A stretch of 50,548 bases of DNA from Barthelona sp. PAP020 (taxonomy: Eukaryota). The notes beneath the pieces are model-generated. The model saw only the letters and a list, made by a program, of their open reading frames with translations, had not been told where the DNA came from and did not search any database. Of this stretch, positions 48,978 through 50,548 are shown one piece after another. Position numbers and translations under genes: made by a program. Position 1 is the stretch's first letter. The number at the start of each line of letters is the position of its first letter. The stretch lies in contig JARQWU010000044.1 in the NCBI GenBank assembly GCA_040182905.1, positions 1 through 50,548 of the forward strand, given 5' to 3'.

Positions 48978-49223
48978 AATCGCTTATTAATAAATAAAAT
49001 AAAATAAATATAGTTAAAAAGTTCCCAAATCGATCAAAAAATCTATGTTCTTTATAATGACTCAAAGATAAAAATTGGAAAATCTTGGTTTTTTTTGGAA
49101 TTTCCATTTCCAACAATATCAGTCTTTTTTTTCAAATGTCTATGTTTTATTCTCATTTTTGGAGGTCGTTTACACCTTTTTTAAAAAATAAAAGTAATGT
49201 GTTAATTAATTATTTGTTCATTT
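48978..49223. promoter_or_regulatory. Divergent intergenic region, putative bidirectional promoter
   Basis: 246-bp AT-rich gap between two head-to-head ATGs. No specific element recognised. Confidence 0.5.
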
Positions 49224-49886
49224 ATGGGTTATTCCAGTAGAAGTGTTGGTGCGAAAGTTGGAAAAGCAACTTCAAGTGTTAAAGATGAAGTTAAAAGAAG
49301 TAATAGACTGAAAAAATTGACCGAACAAGTTTATGATTTGTCGAAGGACAAATATCTTCAAAAAAATCATTTGGGTGGTTTTGAATGTCGATTATGTGGA
49401 ACAAAGCACAGAAATGAAGCTAACTATATTGCACACACTCAAGGGCAGAGACATCAAAATGCTTTAAAGAGGCAGATGGCATATATTCAAAGAAAGAATT
49501 TGCAGAAAATTGGTTCTACTCCTGTAAAACAAAGTTTAAATAAACCAAAAATTCAAAAATCTTTAAATACAATTGGGATGCCTGCGTTTAAATTTTTGCC
49601 ATCATACTGTCCTGATACATTGCGCAGAACTATTCAATTTGAAATCAGTTATACAAATATCAATACCAATATTAGTCCATCCCATCGATTTGTCTCTAGT
49701 TATGAACAAGATATTGAAGAAACTAATGATATGTTTCAATACGTTGTATTCGCTGGAAGACCTTATGACAATATTGGATTTAGAATACCAAATGTTCCTA
49801 TTGATAAAAATGGTGATTGCTACTGGTTCAATTGGGATAAGGAAGACAAACTATATACATTATTTGTTACATTATGTGATGGATAA
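49224..49886 (+). CDS. SF3A2: Splicing factor 3A subunit 2 (SF3a66/SAP62/Prp11), U2 snRNP
   Basis: KDKYLQKNHLGGFECRLCGTKHRNEANYIAHTQGQRHQ (matrin/U1C-type zinc finger; cf. KNHLGSYECKLC...HTQGKKH), IGMPAFK, PSHRFVSSYEQ and QYVVFAGRPYDNIGFRIP are colinear with the SF3A2 core. Confidence 0.96.
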   Translation: MGYSSRSVGAKVGKATSSVKDEVKRSNRLKKLTEQVYDLSKDKYLQKNHLGGFECRLCGTKHRNEANYIAHTQGQRHQNALKRQMAYIQRKNLQKIGSTPVKQSLNKPKIQKSLNTIGMPAFKFLPSYCPDTLRRTIQFEISYTNINTNISPSHRFVSSYEQDIEETNDMFQYVVFAGRPYDNIGFRIPNVPIDKNGDCYWFNWDKEDKLYTLFVTLCDG

Positions 49887-50548
49887 CAAACAAATCATTC
49901 ACTAAAAATGAAAGAGTTTAACATTATTGGAGCTTACCAAATATGTGCATTTGAGGCTTTTTAGTTCCAATTTTTGATTGATTAATTTGATTATAAAAAA
50001 TTATAGCTTCTTTTTTGCATGCCACATTTTTTTGACAAATGGACAGATGTTTTGGCCTTTTAACTTTCTCCTTTAACTCTCTGTTGAGTTTGATTTTTGT
50101 TCATGTTATGATAATTGCATTCGTTAAAAGATTCAGAATAGATTCCCGAAGTGAAAGTTTGAGCAATCAGAACAAATACGTAATCACAAGTTTTCAAGAG
50201 GCTATTAACATTGGAATCTATTCGTTAGGTTTCTTGGAGAACATTCATTTCTTTTGAGACCCCCTCCAAGAAACCTGGATCTAAAAATGAAATTTACACC
50301 TTGAATAAAGACCTCAGTCATACAGAAATCAAACTCAACTTTGGAAAATGTTGAAAAAAGACAAAATGAAAAACAAAAAAAAACATCTCAACAAAAATAT
50401 ACATCTTTTATAAAAACAATGTTTAATCTTAAAAATCAAAGGCTTCATCAATGGGTTTTTTGAGAGAACGAATATTTTGTTGTTTTTGATTAAATTTAAA
50501 TTCTTTGGGTACAGTTAATTCTGGAGTCCAAGAATTTTTTTCAGGGTT

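Noticed and set aside
3123..48852. Dozens of short antisense and alternate-frame ORFs (e.g. 4942-5532, 41464-42099, 26882-27295)
   Set aside because: All overlap the giant CDS, many start at non-ATG codons, and none shows recognisable motifs. They are shadows of its codon bias.
3165..48977. Bacterial autotransporter/RTX adhesin or bacterial contig; naming the gene PKHD1, teneurin or FRAS1
   Set aside because: No C-terminal beta-barrel or RTX nonapeptides, eukaryotic TM plus tail, and SF3A2 is adjacent. It lacks the IPT/TIG, YD/NHL and CSPG/Calx-beta arrays that define those genes, so no symbol is assigned.
49573..50257. ORFs 49573-49905 and 50039-50257
   Set aside because: The first is an alternate frame overlapping SF3A2. 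The second is short with no recognisable features or coding-like composition.

Overview
AT-rich, gene-dense eukaryotic (probably protist) DNA in the standard genetic code; the lineage cannot be determined from sequence alone. About 91% of the window is one uninterrupted minus-strand ORF (3165-48977, 15,270 aa, roughly 1.65 MDa) encoding a giant single-pass (type I) surface protein. Its order is: signal peptide; G8-like cap; ~5,800 aa of beta-helix/beta-solenoid repeats with a Tyr-rich zone and insert; two tenascin-type EGF repeats; a second G8-like cap; ~7,500 aa more solenoid with a LamG-like domain inserted into one repeat loop; EGF + PSI; a module resembling the FRAS1/FREM2 membrane-proximal domain; TM helix; and a ~1,150-aa tail with nine copies of an unrecognised ~60-aa helical repeat. 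It lies head-to-head (246 bp apart) with the spliceosomal gene SF3A2/PRP11. The left 3 kb holds a Gln/Pro/Asn-rich orphan gene flanked by inverted copies of a degenerate non-coding repeat, further tandem copies of that repeat, a possible pseudogene and a small hairpin cluster. All domain calls are by-eye motif recognition and need HMM or structure confirmation.
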